A stretch of DNA of 20,328 nucleotides from Candidatus Rifleibacteriota bacterium. GTDB taxonomy: Bacteria > Muiribacteriota > Ozemobacteria > Ozemobacterales > Ozemobacteraceae. The notes under the pieces were generated by a model. It made no database searches. It worked only from the letters and a program-made list of their open reading frames with translations, and was not told where the DNA came from. How positions within the stretch are numbered: the stretch's first letter is position 1; every line of letters begins with the position of its first letter. This document shows, piece by piece, positions 8,276 to 16,717 of the stretch. The stretch is taken from positions 1 to 20,328 of the forward strand of contig DMAR01000444.1 in NCBI GenBank assembly GCA_003446455.1, given 5' to 3'. The position numbers and the translations under genes were made by a program.

Positions 8276-9823
8276 ATGGACCTGACCCGCAAACTTGCCG
8301 ATGTACCCAGGACTGAAAAGAGTCTGTTCCTGAAAAAAAAGCTGCGCGAACTGCGGCTGGTTTATCAGGTCGACAACATTACCGATCGCTACAAAAATCT
8401 TGTTTCGCTGTCTTCGGCCACGCTTAAACTTGCCCGAAAATTCTTCAAGTGCGAAGTCTCTGCCATTCTGGTTACTGACCGCGTGGCGCGCCATCGTCAA
8501 TTTTATCTTGCTCTGGGCCTTGATGAATCAGACAAAGATACCAGCTTTCGTTTAAAAGAACTGATGCATAAATCGGTAACTTTCGAGGCTGGCGAAGAAA
8601 TCGTTAACCGCTTGCAGCCGCTTACGGCAAAACTGACAGACTATATTCTGGTTGCTTTTCCGGTGTCTGAGCAGCTCTGTGGTTGCCTGCTCGTTGGTAA
8701 CCGCGAAAAACCATGGGATGAAGAAGATCTGCACTATTTGCGCGCAATCGTCTCGCAAATCGACAACGGCCTCGAACACGCCTTCCTCAAGCAGAAATAT
8801 CAGCGCTCGCGCATGCGAGCTGACCGTGAAACTCGCAAGCTGAGCTTTGTTTACGAAATAAGCCTCTCTCTCGGAAAAGACGAAGACTTCAGCTCTCTTT
8901 GCCGACGCATCCTCGAGAGTGCCATGCAGCTCGTTGATGTTAATCGCTGTTCGTTTATGAGCTATAACCGAGAAAAAGACGAGCTTAAGACCGAATTTGC
9001 CATTGGCATTCCCTTTACCAGATCACAGATAACTTTTAAGCTGGGCGAAGGTCTTGCCGGAACCGCTTTAAAAGAAGGGCGCCCTATTCTCGCCTCGCGT
9101 GGCGGCAAAGATGTCAGGTTTATCCCATACGATAACAACGTTGAGAACATACCCTCAGTAGTTAATATGGCTTGTCTCCCTCTCATAGTAGAAGGCAGCC
9201 CTCTGGGTGTGCTTAACTTCAGTTCGACCGAACCTGATTATGCCGTAACTAATGACGAACTGGCCGCTCTCGAAGTGGTCACTCAACTCATCGGTCTGGC
9301 CTGGCAAAAGCAGCGACTCTACCAGATTTCTATCAAAGACGAGCTTACCGGTATGTATTCGTTCAGATTCTTCAAGACGCGACTTCAGGAAGAAATGCAT
9401 CGCGCCAGCCGCTATGAAAGTGCCTTGAGCATTGTCATGTTTGATATCGATTTCTTCAAGAAGTTTAACGATAAATATGGTCATATGGCGGGAAACCTTG
9501 TTTTGCGAGAATTTGCCACAATACTTAATGACTCGGTCAGGTTCGGCGTCGATATCGCAGCCCGCTTTGGCGGCGAAGAATTCGCTCTGATATTACCAGG
9601 AACTTCTGGCGAAGGCGCGGTCGTTGTTGCCGAAAGAATTCGTCAGGCCGTCGAAAAGACAACTCTCAGCTTTGAGGCGCACAGTCTGCATGTCACCGTA
9701 AGTGGCGGAGTCAGAGAGTTCGCAGCAGGCATGACCCTTGAAGAGTTTATCAAATCTGCCGATGCTGCGCTTTATGAGGCAAAAGAAAGTGGTCGCAATC
9801 GCACCAAAGTTGCATCAGCGTAG
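8276..9823 (+). CDS. Diguanylate cyclase with two N-terminal GAF-like domains and a C-terminal GGDEF domain (active-site GGEEF present; no obvious RxxD I-site)
   Basis: GGDEF-domain hallmarks DELTGMYSFRFF...RYESALSIVMFDIDFFKKFNDKYGH...RFGGEEFALILPG. GAF-like GEGLAGTALKEGRPI in the second N-terminal domain. GGAG 8 nt upstream of the ATG. Confidence 0.85.
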   Translation: MDLTRKLADVPRTEKSLFLKKKLRELRLVYQVDNITDRYKNLVSLSSATLKLARKFFKCEVSAILVTDRVARHRQFYLALGLDESDKDTSFRLKELMHKSVTFEAGEEIVNRLQPLTAKLTDYILVAFPVSEQLCGCLLVGNREKPWDEEDLHYLRAIVSQIDNGLEHAFLKQKYQRSRMRADRETRKLSFVYEISLSLGKDEDFSSLCRRILESAMQLVDVNRCSFMSYNREKDELKTEFAIGIPFTRSQITFKLGEGLAGTALKEGRPILASRGGKDVRFIPYDNNVENIPSVVNMACLPLIVEGSPLGVLNFSSTEPDYAVTNDELAALEVVTQLIGLAWQKQRLYQISIKDELTGMYSFRFFKTRLQEEMHRASRYESALSIVMFDIDFFKKFNDKYGHMAGNLVLREFATILNDSVRFGVDIAARFGGEEFALILPGTSGEGAVVVAERIRQAVEKTTLSFEAHSLHVTVSGGVREFAAGMTLEEFIKSADAALYEAKESGRNRTKVASA

Positions 9824-9871
9824 AATGTTCGAACTTGTAACAGTTTTTGCTGCGTTGAATGTATTGACTCA

Positions 9872-10732
9872 GTGAACGCAAAACTTTATCATACCTGCAT
9901 GAATTTAACCGATTTAACCGCATCAGAAATTTCTGCACTCGACCGCGACGCCACGGTAGTTGTTGTACCGCTTGGTTCTATTGAGCAGCATGGCCCGCAT
10001 CTGCCAGTCGCGACCAAGTGCTTCCTCAGCGAAGCCATCGCTTTTGCCGCAGCTGCACGACTTCGCAGTGAGCAGCTAGAATGTCTGATCACGCCAACCT
10101 TTCCATTTATGCCCTGTCAGAGCAGCAGCGGCTTTGCATCAAATTTTGCCATGGCCGCGCGAACCTATTCTGACGCGCTTTATGAGATTGGCAGCTCTTT
10201 CTGTCGTGATGGTTTCAAATTTCTCTATTTTGTAAACCTCTCGGTATCGCCTGATGCAATCAAGGCAGTCAGCGTCGCAGTCGAGGATCTGAACACCCTC
10301 AAGGGTTTTCGCGCCTTTGACCCGATTCCGCTCTGGAACTTTTCGCCTAATGAAGAGCTTGAGTCGTTTATGCGGCAGCGTGGCGTTGACCCGGCCAATG
10401 AAATTCACGCCGACATCAAAGAAACCAGTGCTGCCATGCATCTTGATCCTGAGCTTGTGCGCGGCGACCTGCTGGCTGGTCTCAAGCCATGCCGCATCAA
10501 CACTGCCTGGGAAGTCCTGAAAGGAAACTTTTCATTTCAGGAAATGGGCAGCACGGCCGGCTATCTTGGCTCACCTGCGCTGGCCGACCCTGAGCTTGGG
10601 CGTCTTTACATCGCCGAGGCCGCGTTTGCCCTTGCCGAATCAGTAAATTACACTCTTTCGGGAAATGACCTTCCTGAGTTGCCGCTGCAGATTCGCATGC
10701 TGCTGAAAATGGTCGATCTTGACGAAATGTAG
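9872..10732 (+). CDS. Creatininase-family amidohydrolase (PF02633-like), 286 aa from GTG 9872; alternative ATG at 9899
   Basis: VVVPLGSIEQHGPHLPVATK matches the creatininase-family metal-binding signature (xLPxGSxEQHGPHLPLxTD). No clear Shine-Dalgarno for either start, so the start is uncertain. Confidence 0.7.
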   Translation: MNAKLYHTCMNLTDLTASEISALDRDATVVVVPLGSIEQHGPHLPVATKCFLSEAIAFAAAARLRSEQLECLITPTFPFMPCQSSSGFASNFAMAARTYSDALYEIGSSFCRDGFKFLYFVNLSVSPDAIKAVSVAVEDLNTLKGFRAFDPIPLWNFSPNEELESFMRQRGVDPANEIHADIKETSAAMHLDPELVRGDLLAGLKPCRINTAWEVLKGNFSFQEMGSTAGYLGSPALADPELGRLYIAEAAFALAESVNYTLSGNDLPELPLQIRMLLKMVDLDEM

Positions 10733-10827
10733 CGATAAAAACTTCCCCAAATGTGGGATGTTATGTAAACCAATCTGTATATTATCTGGTGAAAAGAAAA
10801 CAAAAGAAAAAAAAATCTATTTGACAG

Positions 10828-10856
10828 TGGAAATATTTAATCGTTCGTGTTAGAAT
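10828..10856 (+). promoter_or_regulatory. Promoter of the rplU-prp-rpmA operon: extended -10 TGTTAGAAT (10848-10856) with a weak -35 TGGAAA (10828-10833). A TTGACA at 10821-10826 is spaced too far (24 bp).
   Basis: Seen directly. An A-rich UP-like tract lies upstream (10790-10815). An 88-nt leader precedes rplU and could hold an L21 autoregulatory structure; this was not verified. Confidence 0.45.
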
Positions 10857-10944
10857 AGATTTTCCCATGATACTTAGCCCTTACCTGTTACGCGGTTTAA
10901 CCTCGAAAACCTTGATTACACTCAAAAGTTGGGAGTAAACAAAA

Positions 10945-11256
10945 ATGTACGCCATTATCGAAATCGGTGGAAGACAGTATAACGTCGAGAAAGGCAGCCG
11001 TCTGCGCTGTGAAAAACTCGACCAGGAAGCCAATGAAATCATGTCAATCGACAAGGTTCTCATGGTTAAAGACGGCGAGAAGCTGCAGATCGGTCATCCT
11101 TATGTTAAGGGTGCCGAAGTAAAAGCCAGAATCGTCGGCCATGCACGTGGCAAGAAGATAATTGTGCTCAAATACAAGAGCAAGAGCAATTATCGCCGCA
11201 AAATCGGTCATCGCCAGCACTTCACCTCGGTTCTCATCGAGGAAATCAAGTGCTGA
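10945..11256 (+). CDS. rplU: 50S ribosomal protein L21
   Basis: MYAIIEIGGRQYNVEKG...KIGHRQHFT is unmistakable L21. GGGAG RBS upstream. Confidence 0.95.
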   Translation: MYAIIEIGGRQYNVEKGSRLRCEKLDQEANEIMSIDKVLMVKDGEKLQIGHPYVKGAEVKARIVGHARGKKIIVLKYKSKSNYRRKIGHRQHFTSVLIEEIKC

Positions 11257-11565
11257 ATGATACAGGTCGACTTCACTGACGACGGTAACGCCGTCTGTCT
11301 GAAGGTCACCGGTCATGCGGGCCTTGCCGACAAAGGAAGCGACATTGTTTGTTCAGCGGTCTCGGCCCTGATACAGACATTCGCCGGTGGAGTCGAAAGC
11401 GAACTGCAGGCATCACTCAGCGGTCATCTTGATTCAGGAAACTGCAACATCAGGATACAGGTTGATGAAAGCCACAAACAGTCGCTAAGGGCAGTTTATA
11501 AAGTATTTAAGTTCGGGTTCCGTAAGATCGCAAGTTCTTACCCGGAACAAGTTAAATTGAATTAA
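11257..11565 (+). CDS. prp: Ribosomal-processing cysteine protease Prp (YsxB/DUF464 family), 102 aa
   Basis: Located between rplU and rpmA as in Firmicutes. Conserved catalytic His (VTGHAG) and Cys (DIVCSAVSAL), compared with S. aureus Prp from memory. Start ATG abuts the rplU stop (TGAATG). Confidence 0.8.
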   Translation: MIQVDFTDDGNAVCLKVTGHAGLADKGSDIVCSAVSALIQTFAGGVESELQASLSGHLDSGNCNIRIQVDESHKQSLRAVYKVFKFGFRKIASSYPEQVKLN

Positions 11566-11586
11566 TCACCTAAGGGGGATTTTGAC

Positions 11587-11856
11587 ATGGCTCATAAGAA
11601 GGGACAGGGCTCAACCACCAACGGTCGAGACAGTAATGCGCAACGCCTGGGCGTTAAAAAATATGATGGCGAACTCGTAAGAGCCGGCAACATAATAATT
11701 CGTCAGCGCGGAACACCGATCCATCCCGGCACCAATGTCGGCAAGGGCAAAGATGACACTCTTTTTGCTCTCACTGATGGTTCAGTAAAATTTGGCTGGC
11801 GCAAAGGCAAGCACTGCGTGCATGTTCTGGAAATCGCCGCCGAAGCAGTAAACTGA
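11587..11856 (+). CDS. rpmA: 50S ribosomal protein L27, starting directly at the mature N-terminus (MAHKKGQG...)
   Basis: AHKKG...[42 protein letters not shown] is canonical L27. AAGGGGGA RBS 7 nt upstream. An in-frame TAA at 11563-11565 excludes any N-terminal extension. Confidence 0.95.
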   Translation: MAHKKGQGSTTNGRDSNAQRLGVKKYDGELVRAGNIIIRQRGTPIHPGTNVGKGKDDTLFALTDGSVKFGWRKGKHCVHVLEIAAEAVN

Positions 11857-11872
11857 CAAAGTTTATCAGCAT

Positions 11873-11901
11873 AAAAAAGCCGCCCACGAGGCGGTTTTTT
11901 T
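11873..11901. terminator. Intrinsic terminator after rpmA (AAAAAAGCCGCC-CACGA-GGCGGTTTTTTT). The A-tract on the 5' side makes it usable from the minus strand as well, for the NeuC-like gene ending at 11983.
   Basis: Seen directly. GC-rich 5-6 bp stem plus a 7-T run. Confidence 0.65.
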
Positions 11902-11982
11902 ATGCCCGTTAAGTTGGTGTCTGGCAGATAACGTTGAGAAAAAGCACAAGCGCCATGGTAAGTGGTTTATGCGTAAAATGGC

Positions 11983-13152
11983 TTAGCGGAGGTCATGAAA
12001 TTGCTTTTCTCTGCTGATTGAGTTTAAGTCGATACTGGCCATGATTTCGGCGATTTTTCGAGCTGAATCTTTGCCTTCATAAGGATTGGCAAAAAGGGCG
12101 CACTTCTCGCGGAACCCGTCTGCCAGCAACCGGCCAAGGGCCTGCAGAATCGCGGTTTCGTCAAAATCGGCAGTGATAACTGCCTGGCTGTGCGGTCTTC
12201 CTTGCTGTCGCCGCCCGATATTGAGCACCGGCACACCCAGAGATGGCACTTCGATAATGCCGCTTGATGAATTGCCGATGACACAGCGGGCCAGCCGCGC
12301 GGCCGAAAGGTAATTCAAACGTCCCAGACTGCTGAAAAAGCAGATGCTTTCAGGCTCACTATCGGCCTGCGCCTTAACATAAGCGTTGATTTCTTCGCCT
12401 TCCGGGTCAGCGTTGGCGCCGGTAACGAGCAGGCGTGTTTTCGGGTATGTCTTTATCAGCAGCGGCAGCAGTTGTTTGATGCCATTGAGAGCAGCTCCGG
12501 GGCTACAGGTCTGGGGGTGAAGTGTAATCAGAAAGAAGTCGTCAAGAGCACATTTCGTGAGGTTTTCGAGCTGAGATCGCTGCAAAAAGGGCAGATCGGC
12601 AAGATCGGCCAGGCCGAGGTCGCCGGTATTGAAAACCAGTTCGGGGATTTCTCCGAGCTGAATAACGCGTCGACGATAGTCTTCGGTAGCGGTAAAATGC
12701 AGGTCACTGAGTTTGCTGATGCAGTGGCGCAGAACATCATCGAAGGCGCCAGCAGTAAGCTCGCCACCAGAAATGTGCGCGCTTCTGATACCGAGCAGGC
12801 GGCATGCGGTTGCAACCGCGTAGATTTCATAGCGGTCGCCCAGATAAACGACGAGATCGGGTCTGAACATGTCAAATAATTTCGGAAATCTGGTAAGAGC
12901 GCCTGCCATGGCTGCAAACATAAGTGACTGATTATCCTGCGCACCATTTTCTGGTGTTATGTAAACTTGATGATAATCCTCTCCGATATCCTTGCTGATT
13001 TCTTCGGCAGAATAATCGCTTTGATAGTGCAAATGACTGCCGGTTACCACCACGCTGACCCGCGAAACCCTTTTCTGCAGCTCATCATGGAGGGGGCGCA
13101 AAATCCCCCACTCTGCCCGGGACCCAGTTATAATACAAATATGTTTGCTCAT
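11983..13152 (-). CDS. UDP-N-acetylglucosamine 2-epimerase (hydrolysing), NeuC family (nonulosonic acid biosynthesis). Start chosen at the internal Met (MSKHICIITGSRAEWG); the ORF track extends to 13188.
   Basis: ICIITGSRAEWGIL...VVTGSHL...LGDRYE...HISGGE...LHFTATE..RRRVIQLGE matches NeuC/SiaA-type epimerases (from memory). Homolog N-termini begin just before the ITGSRA motif. Neither candidate start has a good RBS. Confidence 0.7.
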   Translation of the reverse strand: MSKHICIITGSRAEWGILRPLHDELQKRVSRVSVVVTGSHLHYQSDYSAEEISKDIGEDYHQVYITPENGAQDNQSLMFAAMAGALTRFPKLFDMFRPDLVVYLGDRYEIYAVATACRLLGIRSAHISGGELTAGAFDDVLRHCISKLSDLHFTATEDYRRRVIQLGEIPELVFNTGDLGLADLADLPFLQRSQLENLTKCALDDFFLITLHPQTCSPGAALNGIKQLLPLLIKTYPKTRLLVTGANADPEGEEINAYVKAQADSEPESICFFSSLGRLNYLSAARLARCVIGNSSSGIIEVPSLGVPVLNIGRRQQGRPHSQAVITADFDETAILQALGRLLADGFREKCALFANPYEGKDSARKIAEIMASIDLNSISREKQFHDLR

Positions 13153-13223
13153 ACTGCTGATTTTAATGGTGCAACCCGGCTTAATCAAGCAAAAACTGAT
13201 TTTATTGGTATTGCTTTGTGTTG

Positions 13224-13252
13224 TTGATTTTGGATAGGCAGGACTCTATAAA
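13224..13252 (+). promoter_or_regulatory. sigma70-like promoter for the small Cys-rich ORF: -35 TTGATT (13224-13229), 17-bp spacer, -10 TATAAA (13247-13252)
   Basis: Seen directly. Followed by AGGAGGTG and an ATG at 13342. Confidence 0.45.
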
Positions 13253-13341
13253 AAAAAATCAGTTTACAGGTTCTAAACTTTTAGCGGGTATGCGCCGATA
13301 CATAACTAGAGAATTTAAATTTCAAGCAGGAGGTGCTTCAT

Positions 13342-13491
13342 ATGTGTGCTCAGGAACTCGTGGCTCTGTTTCGTTTCTCTGGTAATTCGTGCCCGGCATG
13401 CCAGCGTATTGTCAGCAGGTATGAACGCACCCTCAATCTGACCGACGACGACATGGAGCACCTTGAACAGTGCATTCTCAGCAAGCCATGA
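13342..13491 (+). CDS. Small Cys-containing protein, 49 aa (MCAQELVALFRFSGNSCPACQRIVSRYERTLNLTDDDMEHLEQCILSKP). Not in the ORF track because it is under 60 aa.
   Basis: Near-perfect Shine-Dalgarno AGGAGGTG 7 nt upstream, own promoter, and a strong terminator immediately downstream. CPAC plus two further Cys suggest a small zinc-ribbon-like fold. No family recognised. Confidence 0.55.
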   Translation: MCAQELVALFRFSGNSCPACQRIVSRYERTLNLTDDDMEHLEQCILSKP

Positions 13492-13503
13492 TATTATGCA
13501 AAG

Positions 13504-13538
13504 AGGGCTGTTGGCTTTAAGCCGGCAGCCCTTTTTTT
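13504..13538 (+). terminator. Intrinsic terminator: AGGGCTG-TTGGCTTTAAGCCGG-CAGCCCT followed by TTTTTTT
   Basis: Seen directly. 7-bp GC-rich stem and a 7-T tract. The stop codon of the convergent minus-strand hydantoinase gene (13517-13519) lies inside the loop. Confidence 0.7.
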
Positions 13539-14917
13539 ATGAAAAATTCGGCATCAGTTGCGTGCCGCTCCACAAAGCGTCCCCCACCCTTTTCTCCCTG
13601 CCAGCCATTCTGACGAGTGTAGACTACCTTGCCCCGCAGGATGGTCATTTCGTTACAGCCCCGGCACTGCAAACCTTCATACGGAGAATAGTCAGTGCGC
13701 ATATGCAGTGCTGCTACCGAAATTTCATGGTTGCAATCAGGATTGTAGACCATAATATCTGCGTCAGTATCTGGCATGAGGCTGCCTTTTTGCGGGTATA
13801 GACCGAAAATTCGCGCAGGGTTTTCTGAAATAGCCTTAACTGCCTGTTGCAAAGAAATCTTCTCGGAGTGAACCCCATTCAAAACCAGCAGTGGCAAAGT
13901 CTCGATGCCAGGCAGGCCCATCGGCAGGCTGGTGATCTTGTTCTGCCAGGAATTCTTGTCAGACGTTGTAAATGGGCAATGGTCAGTAGCCACAACTGCG
14001 AGATCGTTCGCAGCCAGTCTCTGCCAGAGAAGCTTTTGCTGGTTCTTTGAGCGTATAGGCGGGCAACAGCCATAAAAGTGCCCTGTCGGCCCTGAAAGAC
14101 TTTTTTCATCGAGATAGAGGTATTGCGGGCAGGTTTCTCCGGCAATATGCGCGCCGCGTTGGCGTTCGCAACCCAGTATCTGCGCACCTTCCCCGCTCGA
14201 AACATGAACAACGTATACCTTGCACCCGGTATATCTTGAAAAATCGGCAATTCTGCGTATCGCTTCGGTTTCAGAAAAAACCGGTCTGGTAAGTGGCAGG
14301 CTTTCAATGCCAAGATTGTTGGCCTCTGCTGCCTGATCGGTCAGATGGTCAATAAGGCAGCCATTTTCGGCATGAACAGTTACCAGAATGCCATGTTGTC
14401 TGCAGGCTGTCATAATATTTAACAGCCCTTTGTCATTCTGCATCAGGCCTGATTTGCCATAGGCCATGAAGATTTTCAGACTGGTCACACCATGGCTTGC
14501 CAGAAGTGGCAGTTGCTCGGCAACTTTTGCAGAATAATTGCCAATACATGCATGTAGTGAGTAGTCGACAGCAACCAGCGGGTCTGCTTGTTCGCGCCTT
14601 CGTTTCAGGCTGTCGAGGACGCCCTCATCACCAGTCTGAGCGGTAAAGTCGATAAAAGTAGTAACACCGCCACATGCTGCTGCTACGCTGCCAGAATAAA
14701 AATCATCGGCAGAAATCGCGCCGGCGAATGGCAGCGAGAAATGCGTATGGACATCGACCGCGCCGGGAAGTATCCAGCGGCCAGTGGCATCTAACTCGGT
14801 TTTGCCCTTGAGATTGCTTCCTACCGCCGCGATCTTGCTGCCCTCAATCGCGAGATCAGCCTGAATGAGAGTATCTCCCCAGAATACCTGGCCACCTTTC
14901 AATACCTGTTCAAACAT
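13517..14917 (-). CDS. Cyclic amidohydrolase of the dihydropyrimidinase / D-hydantoinase family, 466 aa
   Basis: PGAVDVHTHF (HxH metal motif), GGVTTFIDF, SLKIFMAY (position of the carbamylated Lys), VHAENG and TDHCPF match D-hydantoinase/dihydropyrimidinase signatures (from memory). AGGA RBS before the ATG. Confidence 0.75.
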   Translation of the reverse strand: MFEQVLKGGQVFWGDTLIQADLAIEGSKIAAVGSNLKGKTELDATGRWILPGAVDVHTHFSLPFAGAISADDFYSGSVAAACGGVTTFIDFTAQTGDEGVLDSLKRRREQADPLVAVDYSLHACIGNYSAKVAEQLPLLASHGVTSLKIFMAYGKSGLMQNDKGLLNIMTACRQHGILVTVHAENGCLIDHLTDQAAEANNLGIESLPLTRPVFSETEAIRRIADFSRYTGCKVYVVHVSSGEGAQILGCERQRGAHIAGETCPQYLYLDEKSLSGPTGHFYGCCPPIRSKNQQKLLWQRLAANDLAVVATDHCPFTTSDKNSWQNKITSLPMGLPGIETLPLLVLNGVHSEKISLQQAVKAISENPARIFGLYPQKGSLMPDTDADIMVYNPDCNHEISVAALHMRTDYSPYEGLQCRGCNEMTILRGKVVYTRQNGWQGEKGGGRFVERHATDAEFFIKKGLPA

Positions 14918-15014
14918 AATGTTTCCTGCTTAAATTTTCAGTTCGTTCAATTATTTTAGAGTTCTGCCGAAGAAGATACCGCAAAACATTGAATTGGGGG
15001 TAGAAATTTTGAAT

Positions 15015-15173
15015 ATGAATTCTTTAGTGGCGGGTTTTCTTGGAGGATTGGTTTGCAGTACCATTTTGTTTGTATGCAGTCGAACTTATCTGTTGCACAA
15101 GCTTATTGATCGCGATAAATTGCGTGATCTCTCGTATTTCGGGCGTAATGCGCCTGAAAAGAAGCGTCTTTAA
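15015..15173 (+). CDS. Possible small membrane protein, 52 aa (MNSLVAGFLGGLVCSTILFVCSRTYLLHKLIDRDKLRDLSYFGRNAPEKKRL). Speculative.
   Basis: Hydrophobic N-terminal segment followed by a basic tail. G-rich stretch (TGGGGGTAG) 10-18 nt upstream. A hairpin plus T9 follows 35 nt downstream. Not in the ORF track (under 60 aa). Confidence 0.25.
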   Translation: MNSLVAGFLGGLVCSTILFVCSRTYLLHKLIDRDKLRDLSYFGRNAPEKKRL

Positions 15174-15208
15174 GGGTTTGCCAGTGTAAATATCAAGTGT
15201 TTTGCAAC

Positions 15209-15232
15209 TCCGGCTTTGCCGGATTTTTTTTT
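15209..15232 (+). terminator. Possible intrinsic terminator or attenuator: TCCGGC-TTT-GCCGGA followed by a 9-T run, 46 nt upstream of the 15278 gene
   Basis: Seen directly. The stem is short (6 bp, 3-nt loop) so the call is weak. The U-tract is strong. Confidence 0.35.
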
Positions 15233-15277
15233 GCCTGTTTAACCTGCACGGGGTTTATGTTATTTTACTGACTGACT

Positions 15278-16717
15278 ATGGATGCCAACGAAAAGAAGAT
15301 TCTAGAGTTCAAACGTCGGATAATATCGCTCATGCGCAGCCGTGAGCATGCTTCTGCGCTAAAACTTTATCATAAATCCTTCACTGCGCAAACGCCTGCC
15401 GACCCTGATTTTCTCGAAAGCTTTTATATTGAGCTTAATCGCGTCAATATGCACGAGGTTGCCTATGAGGTTCTTAAAGAGGGAGCGACCTGGCACCCAG
15501 ACAACGAAAAAGCCGAAGAACTCTTAAAGAACGCGCAGGGTGTCTATCTCGACAGCCTGGTTCTGCACGGCAACAACCTTCTTTACGAGCGAGATGACAA
15601 AGAAGCGAAGTTTACCGAGAGCATAAAAAAGGCCGACTCGCTGGCGCGCGAAAAAATGCGCGAAGAAAACGACAAAATTCTTTCGGCAATAGTTCAGAAG
15701 GCGCTTGTCACCTACGGTAAGGCGCTTGAGCTGAAAGATGACAGTATCCCGGCGCTATCAGGCCTTATGCGCTGCCACCAGATTCTTGGTGAGAACGAGC
15801 TGGCCGAAGAGTTTAACTCGCGCATCGAAGAACTTTCGCCGACAATAAAATCTCGCGAAAAGACACGCCAGGAGCTTGCCAGAGAGGCAGAGATCGCCGA
15901 AGAAGAAAAGAAAAGGGAAGCTGCCCGCGAGCTTGAACTTGAAGAGTCGGCAATAGACGAGATTAAAAGGCTGTTTGACGATAAAAAGTATCATGAACTT
16001 ATCCGGCGAATAGATGATCTGCACCTGTCGTATCGAACTACTGTTCCGCTGCTGTTACTCAAAGCCAGAGCATTTGGCGAGTTGCGCCGTTTCAAGTTGG
16101 CAGATCAGGTGATCAATGAGGCAGAGCACCATAATCGCAACATCAATGAAGTTCTCGAAATTAAGAACAGTCTCAACGAAACCAAATACCGAATTCTCTG
16201 CAAGGCATCTGATATTTATCTTCATAAAGCGCTTGAAATAGGCTTGAGCCTCGGCGAGTCACATTTTCGCCGCGCCCAGAAAAGCATTCTGCGCGCACTT
16301 GAATTTGTTCCTGAGAACCTTGATCTTCTTGACAAGCTTTATACAACGCAGAAATACCTTGGGCAGACTGAAGATTCTTACAAGACCAAGGCAATGATTT
16401 ATGTGCTTAACAAAAAGTATGTTACCGCGTTCGACCGCCAGTCATCAGCATCTCTATGTTTTATCGCCAGTTTTGCTTATTGTGGGGAGCCGCAGATAAT
16501 AAACCAGTTCAGGTGGTTCCGGCGGGAATTTCTGTTGACATCGCGGGCAGGCATGGTCATTAACACTGCTTACGTCAGAATCAGCCCGCGCATTACCAGG
16601 GCGGCATCAAACATAGCGGCCGCACGAACTGTTTTTCGTCTTGTTCTTTACCCGATTCGTCTGATGATCGACTTGTTACAATATTTAATTGCTAAAACAG
16701 GCAGGGAACTTTTATAA
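15278..16717 (+). CDS. Hypothetical alpha-helical protein, 479 aa, TPR-like helical N-terminus, highly charged coiled-coil segment (EAEIAEEEKKREAARELELEES) and a hydrophobic/amphipathic C-terminal region
   Basis: Long ORF with consistent coding character. No SD in front (possibly leaderless or read through from upstream). No family recognised. Confidence 0.55.
   Translation: MDANEKKILEFKRRIISLMRSREHASALKLYHKSFTAQTPADPDFLESFYIELNRVNMHEVAYEVLKEGATWHPDNEKAEELLKNAQGVYLDSLVLHGNNLLYERDDKEAKFTESIKKADSLAREKMREENDKILSAIVQKALVTYGKALELKDDSIPALSGLMRCHQILGENELAEEFNSRIEELSPTIKSREKTRQELAREAEIAEEEKKREAARELELEESAIDEIKRLFDDKKYHELIRRIDDLHLSYRTTVPLLLLKARAFGELRRFKLADQVINEAEHHNRNINEVLEIKNSLNETKYRILCKASDIYLHKALEIGLSLGESHFRRAQKSILRALEFVPENLDLLDKLYTTQKYLGQTEDSYKTKAMIYVLNKKYVTAFDRQSSASLCFIASFAYCGEPQIINQFRWFRREFLLTSRAGMVINTAYVRISPRITRAASNIAAARTVFRLVLYPIRLMIDLLQYLIAKTGRELL

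Noticed and set aside
10733-10944. Mobile element or integration site suggested by the A-rich tract AAAAGAAAACAAAAGAAAAAAAAA
   Set aside because: There are no inverted repeats, direct-repeat flanks or transposase/integrase ORF. It is better explained as a UP-element or AT-rich promoter region of the rplU operon.
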